From NCBI GenBank assembly GCA_963821525.1, contig CAWGED010000012.1, forward strand, positions 32,001-96,000: a DNA stretch of 64,000 nucleotides, given 5' to 3'. Below the pieces are notes generated by a model. It worked only from the letters and a program-made list of their open reading frames with translations, did not search any database and had not been told where the DNA came from. The position numbers were made by a program, and so were the translations under genes. Shown in pieces: positions 1 to 11,368 of the stretch; position 1 is the stretch's first letter, and the number at the start of each line of letters is the position of its first letter. Source of the DNA: an uncultured Gemmatimonadales bacterium. Lineage in GTDB: Bacteria; Gemmatimonadota; Gemmatimonadetes; Gemmatimonadales; GWC2-71-9.

Positions 1-468
1 GCGGCCCACGCCACCAAACGTTGGCCGCAGGATCACTGGCGCAAGCTGGTAGAGTCGGTAACAGGCTCCGGAGCTCGGGTCGCAGTGATCGGCGGCCCGG
101 ACGATCATGCTCTCTGCGCCGGCGTGGCCGCGGCTGGCAACGGGTCCGCGGCTTCGGGCGCCGGCGAACTGGGACTCCAGGAATCGGGCGCGGTGCTGGC
201 GCGCGCGGCGGCTGCGGTTACGGGAGACACCGGGGTGATGCACATGGCCACCGCGATCGGCACGCCGGTCGTTGCCCTGTTCGGCCCCACCGTCGAAGCC
301 TTCGGGTTCTTTCCCTACCGGGCGCGGGCGACGGTGTTGCAACGCGACCTGGGATGCCGGCCCTGCAGCGCCAAGGGCACTCTTCGGTGTCCCCTGGTGC
401 ACCATCGCTGCCTGAAGGAGATCACGCCGGCTGAAGTCGAACTTGCTCTCACCGAGCTGAGCGCGTGA
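1..468 (+). CDS. Glycosyltransferase family 9 (LPS heptosyltransferase-like), 5'-partial
   Basis: Frame open from base 1: TKRWP...DTGVMHMATAIGTPVVALFGPT...CRPC...C...C, typical GT9 C-terminal motifs. Confidence 0.9.
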   Translation, partial: AAHATKRWPQDHWRKLVESVTGSGARVAVIGGPDDHALCAGVAAAGNGSAASGAGELGLQESGAVLARAAAAVTGDTGVMHMATAIGTPVVALFGPTVEAFGFFPYRARATVLQRDLGCRPCSAKGTLRCPLVHHRCLKEITPAEVELALTELSA

Positions 469-870
469 ACGGCTGGGATCCGGCCGCATTCGAGCTGATT
501 TCCCTCCTGGCCCGGAGTGCCCGGGGACCCCGGCGCGAGGGACTCTTCGCATTGTGGCTGACGCTTCGGGTGGCCCAGGACCTTCAACTCGAGCCACCGC
601 TCACCGAGCGCCATGTGCGGCGCCGGATAACGGCCCTCGAGTCGCGCATGTCCAGCCTCACCGTCCCCGCCCCGCTCCGGCGGGCCCTCACAGGCGGCCC
701 TGCACCAGTTGCGCGACGCCACGCGGGAATCGGTGCCCGGCATCCTCAATGGGTTGGTTGCCCCGACCCGGGAAGCTGCCGGCCAGGAGGCGGCCGAAGC
801 CGTCCGCAAGGCCGAGAAGGACTGCTCGTCAGGCGTTGCTTCCCCTCGGTCGCTGACCGATGTCGTATAA
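465..870 (+). CDS. Hypothetical helical protein, apparent frameshift near 692
   Basis: GTGA overlap with GT9 stop; coding-like N-terminal part continues in another frame (AALHQLRDATRE...) to TAA at 868-870. Confidence 0.55.
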
Positions 871-877
871 TTGAGGC

Positions 878-1756
878 ATGCAACGCCCTCGCCCTTCTCT
901 TAACAAGGAACCTTCCACCACTGTCGAGGCGCTGGTCCAGCGAATGGACGCGCGCAGCGACGGCACGGTGGCAACCGATAGCGTTCCGACCGGCTTCCCC
1001 TCGCTTGATCGGATGCTCGCAGGCGGGTTCCGGCGTCAGGACCTGATCGTTCTGGCGGGCGATGTGGGAAGCGGGAAGTCGTCACTGGGACTCGCGATGG
1101 CCATCCGGGGGGCCCAGTCGGGAGTGCCCACGGTCTTCCTGTCGGGGGAGATGACGGAAGACCGCCTCATGGAGCGAGCCCTGGCACTCGAGGCCCGGGT
1201 GCCGGTGGACGCTCTCCGAGGCGGAGCGCTCGACGATGTGAGCCGTGCCTCGGTCGGCGCGGCGGCGCTCCGGCTGCGCGACCTTCCGCTGCAGGTCCGG
1301 TCGCTCAGCGGACAGCGATTCACCGAGGTGTCGGAGGCACTGGATACGGTGCCCCGCCGGGCGCTCCTTGTGATTGATTCGCTGCAGATGACCGCACCGC
1401 CGGCCACGGCCAATGGGCCCGACGAAGCAGTGGCAGGTGCGGCTCGAGCGCTCAAGGCGCTGGCGCTGGATCACGATGTCGCGGTACTGGTCCTGGCCCA
1501 GTTACCAGGCCTCAAGCCGAGTCGACGCGATCCCCGCCCCTCGCTCGAAGACCTGGGTGGCCTGGGAGTGGTGAAGCAAGTGGCTGATGTGGTCCTGGCG
1601 ATCTACCGCGAAGAGATGTACCGGCCGGCGGGTGGGGTCGAAGGAGCGACAGAGCTCATCGTGGCCAAGAATCGCAACGGCACGACTGGTTTTGTCGACC
1701 TCTACTTCTACCACGAATGGCTGCGGTTCGAGGATATGGTCGAACCGGGGAGATAA
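878..1756 (+). CDS. DnaB-like helicase, C-terminal ATPase domain only
   Basis: VPTGFPSLD, Walker A GDVGSGKS, SGEM, VIDSLQ, LAQL, AKNRNG; 292 aa, no N-terminal domain. Confidence 0.85.
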   Translation: MQRPRPSLNKEPSTTVEALVQRMDARSDGTVATDSVPTGFPSLDRMLAGGFRRQDLIVLAGDVGSGKSSLGLAMAIRGAQSGVPTVFLSGEMTEDRLMERALALEARVPVDALRGGALDDVSRASVGAAALRLRDLPLQVRSLSGQRFTEVSEALDTVPRRALLVIDSLQMTAPPATANGPDEAVAGAARALKALALDHDVAVLVLAQLPGLKPSRRDPRPSLEDLGGLGVVKQVADVVLAIYREEMYRPAGGVEGATELIVAKNRNGTTGFVDLYFYHEWLRFEDMVEPGR

Positions 1757-1762
1757 TCCTTC

Positions 1763-2149
1763 CTATTGAGCTGACGACGGAGCCTTGGCCCCGGCGATAT
1801 CGATCAGGCTTCCATCCTCCCCGCTGGCCTTGGTGATCGTGACCCAGAGAGGCCGCTTCACTCCTTCCGCGTACATCACGATGACGCCTTCACGGGTCTT
1901 GATGTCGCTCACCAGTCGCCAGTTGTTCTTGCTGAAGTAATTGCGATAGTAGGTCGCGACCTCCTCCGGGCCCTCGGAGCTCTTGAAGCGGATCTGAGTC
2001 GCATCCTCGCCACCGGCGCGGGAGATCGCCTCTCCTTCGGGTGGGACCGGTAGCTCCGGAATGGTCTCGGCCAGCGGAGGCATCTTGGGCCGGTCTTCCT
2101 TACAGGCCAGAGCAAGAACCAGCGCGACAGCCAGAAGTTGTGAACGCAT
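1763..2149 (-). CDS. Hypothetical lipoprotein
   Basis: MRSQLLAVALVLALAC lipobox-like signal peptide. Confidence 0.7.
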   Translation of the reverse strand: MRSQLLAVALVLALACKEDRPKMPPLAETIPELPVPPEGEAISRAGGEDATQIRFKSSEGPEEVATYYRNYFSKNNWRLVSDIKTREGVIVMYAEGVKRPLWVTITKASGEDGSLIDIAGAKAPSSAQ

Positions 2150-2296
2150 AGGCGGGGGAGAGTAGTGGTGGGCCCCTAGGGGGTCAATGGCCGGATGCCA
2201 GCCAGCATCCATCGCCTTCGGTCCCTGTGCCGGTAGAGGGCTGACGACAACGGGTTACGGCAGTATTTTCCACTCAGAATCCGTCGAGGCAGAGGA

Positions 2297-3052
2297 ATGG
2301 CCGGCCATAGCAAGTGGAAACAAATCAAACGCAAGAAGGCGATCGCCGACCAGAAACGCGGCGCCTCCTGGACCAAGGCCATCCGCGAAATAACCGTCGC
2401 GGCCAAGGCCGGTGGTGGCGATCCGGGCGGTAATCCCCGTCTTCGCACGGCGATTGACGCCGCGAAGGCCGTCAACATGCCGGCCGACAACATCGATCGG
2501 GCCATCAAGAAGGGAACCGGAGAGCTCGAGGGCGCGGTCTACGAGGAAGTCATGTACGAGGGCTACGGTCCGGGTGGCGCCGCGATCCTGATCGAGGCGA
2601 CCACCGACAACGCCAACCGCACCGTGGCCGAGATCCGCCACGCGTTCAGCCGCAACGGCGGCAACCTCGGCGCCACCAATTCGGTGTCCTGGATGTTCGA
2701 GCGCAAAGGCCAGATTTATCTCGACGCAACCAAGTTCGACGAAGACACGGCACTCGAGGCCGCACTCGATGCCGGGGCCGAAGACTTCGTCCGCGATGGC
2801 GAGCAATACGTGGTATCCACCATCCCGCACAGCTTCCACGCGGTGCAGGACGCCTTGAAGGCCAAGCGTTACGCCATCGAATCCGCCGAGCTTGCGATGG
2901 TTCCCAAGAACACGGTGCGAGTCGAAGGCAAGCAGGCGGAGCAGATGTTGCGGCTCATGGAAACGCTGGAAGAGCTGGACGACGTTTCGAAGGTCTTTTC
3001 CAACTTCGACATCGACGCGGCCGCGATGGCGGAGGCGGAGACATCGGCCTGA
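2297..3052 (+). CDS. yebC: YebC/PmpR family protein
   Basis: MAGHSKWKQIKRKK, YEGYGPGG, upstream of ruvC. Confidence 0.97.
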   Translation: MAGHSKWKQIKRKKAIADQKRGASWTKAIREITVAAKAGGGDPGGNPRLRTAIDAAKAVNMPADNIDRAIKKGTGELEGAVYEEVMYEGYGPGGAAILIEATTDNANRTVAEIRHAFSRNGGNLGATNSVSWMFERKGQIYLDATKFDEDTALEAALDAGAEDFVRDGEQYVVSTIPHSFHAVQDALKAKRYAIESAELAMVPKNTVRVEGKQAEQMLRLMETLEELDDVSKVFSNFDIDAAAMAEAETSA

Positions 3053-3065
3053 GCCGGCGCCTCCC

Positions 3066-3576
3066 GTGAGGGTGCTCGGCATCGATCCGGGCACCGCGAT
3101 TACGGGCTACGGTTTGGTCGAAGCCCTGACTGGCCGGGCCCCGCAATTGGTCGAGTGCGGGGTCATCAAGACCCTGCCCCGGGATCCCCTGCCGGAACGG
3201 CTGCGACTGATCCACGACGAATTGCTCGGCCTTATCGACCGTCTGGCCCCGGAAAGTGTCGTGGTCGAAGGGGTCTTTGCGGCCCGCAATGTGAGATCGC
3301 GCGCTGGTGCTGGGTCACGCGCGGGGAGCAATCCTGCTGGCGGCAGCACTGCGGGGAGTGCCGGTCACCGAATACTCGCCCGCCATCATCAAACAGACAG
3401 TCGTAGGCCGCGGAGCGGCGCTCAAACCTCAAGTGGGCTTCATGGTGGCGCAGCTGCTCCGGTTGAAGAGCGCTCCCCGTCCCGCCGACGCGGCCGATGG
3501 AGTCGCCATCGCGCTCACGCACCTGCTGCGCACCGCCCCAAAAAGCATCGCCCCCTTCCTGGGACGCCGCGGATGA
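3066..3576 (+). CDS. ruvC: Holliday junction resolvase RuvC (frameshift near 3300)
   Basis: VLGIDPG..TGYG; second frame LGHARG...DAADGVAIA. Confidence 0.93.
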
Positions 3577-4163
3577 TCGCGCTGGTTTCCGGAATCCTTC
3601 GCACGCGGGATGGCGACACCGTCCTGATCGAGACCTCGGGCGGAGTCGGCTACAGCATCACTCTCCCGCTCGGCGTCGTGGAGAGATTGCCGGCACTCGG
3701 CTCCAAGGTGCAGCTCCACACCGAGCTGGTGGTGAAGGAGGATGGCTGGGCGCTGTTCGGGTTCGATCGCCCGGCGGAACGCATCGTCTTTCAGCGACTG
3801 CTTTCAGCGAGTGGCTTCGGCCCCAGGCTGGCGCTGGCGCTGCTGTCGACCTTGGGGGCCGATCGCACCGTGCGAAGTATCCGGCAGAAGGACATCGCGG
3901 CTCTCAGCACGGTGAGCGGCATCGGAAAGAAGAAGGCGGAGCGACTGGTGCTGGAGCTGCACGACCGGTTCGAGGAGGTCGGGGGCGAGCTGCCGCCCGC
4001 TTCGATGGGGCCAAGCGAGGAGGCGCTGGCCGCCCTCACGCGGCTCGGTTATCCTCCCGCGCAGGCCGAGAGCGCAGTGCGCGACGCGCTGGCCGCCGAC
4101 GGCTCCTCGGACACGGCACAGCTGATCAAGCAGGCGCTGCAGCGGCTGGCGGGGAAGAGATGA
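3573..4163 (+). CDS. ruvA: Holliday junction branch migration protein RuvA
   Basis: MIALVSG, GVGY, HhH motifs GFGPRLA and GIGKKKAERL, C-terminal LGY. Confidence 0.96.
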   Translation: MIALVSGILRTRDGDTVLIETSGGVGYSITLPLGVVERLPALGSKVQLHTELVVKEDGWALFGFDRPAERIVFQRLLSASGFGPRLALALLSTLGADRTVRSIRQKDIAALSTVSGIGKKKAERLVLELHDRFEEVGGELPPASMGPSEEALAALTRLGYPPAQAESAVRDALAADGSSDTAQLIKQALQRLAGKR

Positions 4164-4178
4164 AGGTGAGCGGTGAGA

Positions 4179-4284
4179 GAGTAAGAAGTAAGGAGTAGGG
4201 AGTAGGCGAGTAGGGAGTGGTGGAGTGGAGACGGACTCGGTGCGCAGTACTCGGACTACCACTCGGTACTCGGTACTAGGTACT
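4179..4284. repeat. Heptamer tracts: left (GAGTAGG)n, right (GTACTCG/GTACTAG)n
   Basis: Read directly: gagtaag aagtaag gagtagg gagtagg ... actcggtactcggtactaggtact. Confidence 0.85.
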
Positions 4285-4301
4285 TCAACTCTAGAAATCC
4301 A

Positions 4302-4478
4302 ATGACAGTCGCAGCTACGACCGCCGAATGGCTCTGCACCCGATGCGGGAGCACCAATCGCCTGCTGGTTGCCTCCGGGACCCGGGAAGCGGAAGATCGT
4401 TGCACTCACTGCCACGTGAAGCACCTGGTCCAGCCTGGTGACCGGCCGGTACGGTGGGAAGCCAGATCGATCGATTGA
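4302..4478 (+). CDS. Small Zn-ribbon-like protein, 58 aa (not in ORF track)
   Basis: Manual translation [63 protein letters not shown] overlap with ruvB start. Confidence 0.8.
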   Translation: MTVAATTAEWLCTRCGSTNRLLVASGTREAEDRCTHCHVKHLVQPGDRPVRWEARSID

Positions 4479-5500
4479 TGAGCCGCCTGGAGATCACCAC
4501 CCCCGACGTCCTCCCCGAGGAGACCGGCGCCGAAGCGGCGCTCCGGCCCTCTCGGCTCGACGAGTTTGTGGGGCAGGTGCAGGTGAAGGCCTCGCTCCAG
4601 ATCGCGATCGATGCCGCGAAGGCCCGGGGTGAGCCGCTCGATCACACCCTGTTCTTCGGTCCGCCTGGACTCGGCAAGACGACGCTGGCAACACTGCTCG
4701 CCCGGGAGATGGGGGTTCAACTCAGGACCACGTCGGGGCCGGTTCTCGAAAAGCCCGGCGATCTGGTGAGCCTGCTGACGACCCTGCAGCCGGGCGACGT
4801 GCTCTTCATCGACGAGATCCATCGCCTCCGTCCGGTTCTCGAGGAGTTCCTCTACCCCGCGATGGAGGACTATCGGGTCGAGGTGCGCATCGCCGACGGA
4901 CCCCACGCCCAAACCATCCCGATGGCGATCGAGCGGTTTACCCTCATCGGCGCCACAACCCGGTTCGGTCTGCTGACTCCACCGATGCGAGCCCGCTTCG
5001 GAATGGTGGAGCGGCTGAATTTCTATCCCGCCGATGAGCTCAAGACCATCGTCGTGAGATCGGCGCAGATCCTGAATGTTCCGATCGAGTCGGAGGGAGC
5101 CGACGAGCTGGCGAAGCGAAGCCGCGGCACACCGCGCGTGGCCAACCGCCTGTTGCGCCGGGTGCGGGACTATGCCCAGGTGCGGGCTAACGGAATCATC
5201 ACCGCACAGGTTGCCCGCGATGCACTGAGCCGGCTCAACGTGGATGAGTTCGGTCTCGACGACATGGACGCGCGCATTCTCAAGACCATCATCGAGAAGT
5301 TCAGCGGCGGGCCGGTAGGACTCAACACCGTTGCCGTGGCGGTGGGCGAAGACAGCGGGACGCTCGAGGAAGTGTACGAGCCGTACCTGATCCAACAGGG
5401 GTTCCTCGAACGCACCGCGCGGGGCCGAGTCGCGACGGCGCATGCCTACCGGCGGTTCGGGATGAAGATGCCTGCTTCCCAGCCATCGATGTTTGAGTAG
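4478..5500 (+). CDS. ruvB: Holliday junction branch migration helicase RuvB
   Basis: [45 protein letters not shown]. Confidence 0.98.
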   Translation: MSRLEITTPDVLPEETGAEAALRPSRLDEFVGQVQVKASLQIAIDAAKARGEPLDHTLFFGPPGLGKTTLATLLAREMGVQLRTTSGPVLEKPGDLVSLLTTLQPGDVLFIDEIHRLRPVLEEFLYPAMEDYRVEVRIADGPHAQTIPMAIERFTLIGATTRFGLLTPPMRARFGMVERLNFYPADELKTIVVRSAQILNVPIESEGADELAKRSRGTPRVANRLLRRVRDYAQVRANGIITAQVARDALSRLNVDEFGLDDMDARILKTIIEKFSGGPVGLNTVAVAVGEDSGTLEEVYEPYLIQQGFLERTARGRVATAHAYRRFGMKMPASQPSMFE

Positions 5501-5592
5501 GGCCAGGGAGTAGGGAATAGGGTGTAGGGAGTAGGGTAACGACCTATCTTCCTTCCCCACCCCCTACACCCTACTCCCTACTCCCCACTCCC
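5496..5592. repeat. Inverted heptamer tracts (GGGAGTA)n ... (TACTCCC)n
   Basis: agggagtagggaatagggtgtagggagtaggg versus ccctacaccctactccctactccccactccc. Confidence 0.9.
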
Positions 5593-5607
5593 GATTCGCT
5601 GTCCGCC

Positions 5608-6627
5608 GTGCCCTACCACACCACCGACTTCGACTACTCCCTCCCACCCGAGCTCATCGCGCAGTATCCCATCGCCGAGCGCGGAACCAGCCGACTGCTC
5701 GTAGTCAGGCGGCATGATGCCGAACTGGAAGACCGAAGCTTCGGCGATCTGACCCAGCTCATCCCACCCGGAGACCTGCTGGTCCTGAATAGCACTCGGG
5801 TCCGGCACGCGCGGTTCCTGGGGACTCGGCCGAGCGGTGCGCCCGCGGAGGTGTTGTTACTGCATCCCGGTACCGAGGGTGCCTGGATCGCGATCGGCCG
5901 GCCCGGTTCGGCGATGAAGCCCGGCAAGCGGATCCGTCTCGCGCCGGACATCGAGGTGGAAACCGTCGCGGAGTTGGAGGAAGGCCAGCGCGAGGTCCGG
6001 TTCATCGGGGCTACCGCGGAAGAAGCAATTCGACGCCTGGGCCGGCTGCCGCTCCCTCCTTACATCGAGCGGGACCCCGATTCGAATGACGAGATCAGAT
6101 ATCAGACGGTCTACGCGGAGCAGGAAGGGAGCGTGGCCGCGCCGACCGCGGGCCTGCACTTCACCGCCGAGATCCTCAAGGCAGCTCGAGCAGCGGGACG
6201 TGCGCATCGCGCGACTGGATCTCGAAGTCGGCCCCGGGACCTTCAAGCCGGTTGAAGTCGAGGATCTCACTCGGCACCACATGCATCCGGAGCGGTTTGA
6301 CATCCCCGAAGCAACCGCGACAGCGATCGCGGAGGTTCGCAAACGGAAGGGCAGCGTCTGGGCGGTCGGTACCACGGTGGTGAGAGCGCTCGAAAGTGCT
6401 GCTGCGGAAGGGGGCCTGGTGCGATCGGGCAGCGCGGAAACCCGGCTCATGATCACACCGGGTTTTCAATTCAGGGTAGTCGATCACCTGCTGACCAACT
6501 TCCACCTCCCCCGTTCAACTCTGTTGATGCTGGTCTCCGCCTTCGCGGGCTATGACCTCACCATGGCCGCGTATCGGCACGGCGTTGCGGAGAGATACCG
6601 GTTCTACTCGTACGGGGATGCGATGCT

Positions 6628-6637
<10 letters not shown>
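5608..6637 (+). CDS. queA: SAM:tRNA ribosyltransferase-isomerase QueA (frameshift near 6183)
   Basis: DFDYSLPPELIAQYP, AAPTAGLHF, TNFHLP, YRFYSYGDAM. Confidence 0.96.
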
Positions 6638-8265
<1,628 letters not shown>

Positions 8266-8269
<4 letters not shown>

Positions 8270-8801
8270 GCCTGCTGCCGCTCCACCTGCTTGGCTCTCC
8301 CGTGTTGCGGGAGCGAAGTGCCGAGGTCTCGGCGATCGACGACGAGGTGCGCCAGTTCGTGGACGACCTCTTCGAGACCATGCACGCCGCCAAGGGCGTG
8401 GGCCTCGCGGCCAACCAGGTCGGAGTGGCGCGCCGCGTCGCGGTGGTGGAAACCGAGGACGAGAAGCTGGTCCTGATCAACCCGGTGATCCTCGAGGCCG
8501 AGGGGCGAGACACCGAGCCGAAGAGGGCTGCCTCTCGATTCCCAAGGTTTACGCTGACGTGACCCGGCCCGAGAAAATCGTGCTGGAAGCCACGGATCGC
8601 GAAGGAAACCGCTACACCAAGACGCTCGACGGTCTCGCCGCACGGGCGGTCCAGCACGAGATCGACCACCTCGATGGCATTCTCTTCGTGGATCACCTCG
8701 GCCTCCTGAAGCGGAAGCGAATCCTGTCGAAGTGGAAGAAGGAACACGAAGGCGACAGCTTCGTCTCGGAGGTGGGGCCCGCGTCCGCGGGGACGATCTG
8801 A
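8266..8801 (+). CDS. def: Peptide deformylase (frameshift near 8517)
   Basis: GVGLAANQVG; second frame EGCLSIP and QHEIDHLDG. Confidence 0.95.
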
Positions 8802-9724
8802 TGCGCCTCGTGTTCTTCGGTACGCCGGACTTCGCCGTTCCATCATTGCGGGCGCTGGTCGAGGAAGGCTTCGACGTGGCGCTGGTGGTCACCCAGCCCG
8901 ACCGCGCGGTGGGACGCTCCCGCAGCACGCTCACTCCCCCGCCCGTGAAGGTTGCCGCGCTGGAAGAGGACCTGCCCATCCTGCAACCCGAGCGCCCCTT
9001 CGGAGAAGAGTTCGAGTCGGCCCTTCGCAGTTACGATCCTGAGCTCGGCGTCGTCGTCGCCTACGGGCACATCCTCAAGCCGGCGATCCTGGCCATTCCG
9101 CGGCGCGGCATGCTGAACGTGCATGCTTCCCTGCTGCCCAAGCACCGCGGCCCCGCGCCGGTTCAGTGGTCCATTCTGAACGGTGACGAAACGACCGGCG
9201 TCAGCATCATGCAGCTCGAGCCGGGGCTGGATACCGGACCGGTCCTGCACTGCATCGAAACCGAGGTGGCAAGGGACGAGACCGGTGGTGAGTTGCTGGA
9301 GCGCCTCGCGGAGCTGGGCGCCGCGGCACTGGTGGAGGCCCTCACCATGGTCGCGGGGGACGCCGCCAAGCCCGAGCCGCAGGACCATAGCCGCGCCACG
9401 TACGCTCCCAAGATCGATCGCGGCACAACCCGGCTCGACTGGGGGCGGGATGCGGCGTCTGTCGCTCGAACCATCCGGGCCTTCGATCCCGACCCGGGTG
9501 CCTGGACGTCGTTGGACAACATGGAGCTGAAGCTGTTCGGCGGCCGTGCGGTGAACGGGAGTGGTGAGCCCGGTACGGTCTTGGAAGCGGGCAAGACACT
9601 TCAGGTGGCGGCCGGCGTGGGTGCCGTGGAGGTGGCAGAGGTCCAGCCCGCGGGGAAGACTCGCATGGCGGTCGGCGCCTGGACTCGAGGCCACCGCGTG
9701 GAGCCCGGTCACCGGCTGGTATGA
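8801..9724 (+). CDS. fmt: Methionyl-tRNA formyltransferase
   Basis: FFGTPDFA, NVHASLLP..RG, LDTG. Confidence 0.97.
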   Translation: MRLVFFGTPDFAVPSLRALVEEGFDVALVVTQPDRAVGRSRSTLTPPPVKVAALEEDLPILQPERPFGEEFESALRSYDPELGVVVAYGHILKPAILAIPRRGMLNVHASLLPKHRGPAPVQWSILNGDETTGVSIMQLEPGLDTGPVLHCIETEVARDETGGELLERLAELGAAALVEALTMVAGDAAKPEPQDHSRATYAPKIDRGTTRLDWGRDAASVARTIRAFDPDPGAWTSLDNMELKLFGGRAVNGSGEPGTVLEAGKTLQVAAGVGAVEVAEVQPAGKTRMAVGAWTRGHRVEPGHRLV

Positions 9725-10352
9725 GGCCGTTGCCTCGGTTGCACGCGATAACCGATCGGGCCGTGCTGGAACTGGAAGATCTGGGGGTGCGGGCTGCCGC
9801 GCTGGCCTCGACCGGATCGGTCGTCGCGCTGCACGCGCGAGACCGCACCGCGACCGGCGAGAAGCTGACGGCGACGGTGCGCCGCTTCCTGTCGCTGGCC
9901 CGGCCACCGGAGGCTGCGGTGTTCGTGAACGGACGGCCCGATATCGCCGCGGCGCTGGGCGCCCAGGGAGTGCAGCTTGGCGCGGGCGATCTGCTCCCGA
10001 GCGATGCGCGCCTGGTGGCCGGCAGTTGGTCGGGTTGGATTGGAAGCTCGGTGCACTCGAGCGAGGAAGCGCGGGCGGCACTCGAAGCGGGAGCGGATTT
10101 CCTGATCGTGGGCCCGATTTACACGCACCACCAGCCATCCCGGACCGACCTGCGGCCGGACCGGGATTGGTGACTGAAGTGGCAAGACTCGGGCGGCCAG
10201 TCATCGCGATCGGCGGAGTGACTCCCGAGCGGAGTCAGCAACTGCGAGAGGCGGGCGCGTATGGGATCGCCGCCATCACCGCTGCATGGCACGTAAGGGA
10301 TCCGGCCGCGGCAGCGCTGGCGCTGCTGGCGCCCTGGCTCGAGGCAGCATGA
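9721..10352 (+). CDS. Thiamine phosphate synthase/TenI family protein (frameshift near 10130)
   Basis: FVNGRPDIA, GSSVHS, GPIY, PVIAIGGV; upstream of thiS/thiG; ThiE versus TenI not resolved. Confidence 0.85.
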
Positions 10353-10555
10353 CGAGACTCACGCTAACGGTGAACGGCGAACCCCGATTGATTGAAGGCC
10401 CGGCAACGCTCGCCGATCTGCTGCGCCAGCTGGATCTGGACGCGCGCATGGTCGTGGTGGAGCTCAATCGGGAGATCGTTCGCCGCCCGCGCCTTGCAGA
10501 TACCGGACTCCAGAACGGCGATTCGGTCGAGCTGGTGCACTTCGTAGGTGGAGGA
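10349..10555 (+). CDS. thiS: Sulfur carrier ThiS domain (no stop codon; reads through into thiG as given)
   Basis: TVNGE...VVELNREIV...ELVHFVGGG. Confidence 0.9.
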
Positions 10556-10569
10556 TGGAGCGCGGACCT

Positions 10570-11368
10570 ATGGCAACGACAATACAGGAACAAACTTGAC
10601 CGACCCTCCCTTACGGTTGGGGGACGATCTTTTCGTTCTCGTCTGCTGGTTGGCACCGGGAAGTACCGCAACAATGCGGAAATGGTTCGTGCCATCGAGG
10701 CGTCCGGCGCCGAGGTGGTAACGGTCGCCGTGCGTCGGGTGGACCTCGATCGCACCCGGGAAGAGGGACTGCTCTATCACCTCGATCCCACCCGATATTT
10801 TCTGCTCGCCAACACCGCGGGCTGTTATACCGCGGACGAAGCGATCCGCTACGCCCGTCTCGGTCGCGAAGCGGGATTCAACGATTTCATCAAACTGGAA
10901 GTGATCGGGGACCGGGACACGCTGCTTCCCGACACCGCCGGCCTCATCTCCGCCACGAAGACGCTGGCGGCCGAGGGATTCCAGGTGATGGCCTATACCA
11001 ACGATGATCTGATCACGGCCTTGCGACTGGAGGACGCCGGCGCCGCCGCCGTCATGCCGCTCGCATCTCCGATCGGCAGCGGACTCGGCCTGCTCAATCC
11101 CTACAGCATTCGCACCATCAAGAAGCGGCTCAAGGTGCCGGTGCTGGTGGATGCCGGAGTCGGCACGGCCTCCGATGCATGCATCACGATGGAGCAAGGC
11201 GTTGACGGCATTCTCATGAATACCGCCATCGCCGAAGCCGAAGATGCGGTGAGCATGGCCCTCGCGATGCGCTACGCCGTCGAAGCAGGCCGCCTCGCGT
11301 TCCTGGCGGGTCGGATGCCGCGGCGGGAGGTGGCGGTGCCATCGAGTCCGACGCGAGGGATGTTGTGA
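10570..11368 (+). CDS. thiG: Thiazole synthase ThiG (start uncertain)
   Basis: SRLLVGTGKY, NTAGC, IKLEV, MPLASPIGSGLG, DAGVGTASD. Confidence 0.95.

Noticed and set aside
878..1756. Prophage replication module
   Set aside because: No integrase, primase or structural genes nearby; neighbours are housekeeping.
2892..4163. Apparent RuvC-RuvA fusion ORF (423 aa)
   Set aside because: Caused by a frameshift near 3300; the RuvC C-terminus is in another frame and ends in an ATGA overlap with ruvA.
9600..9721. TPP riboswitch before the thi genes
   Set aside because: The first thi gene overlaps fmt (ATGA); there is no leader and no recognisable TPP aptamer core.
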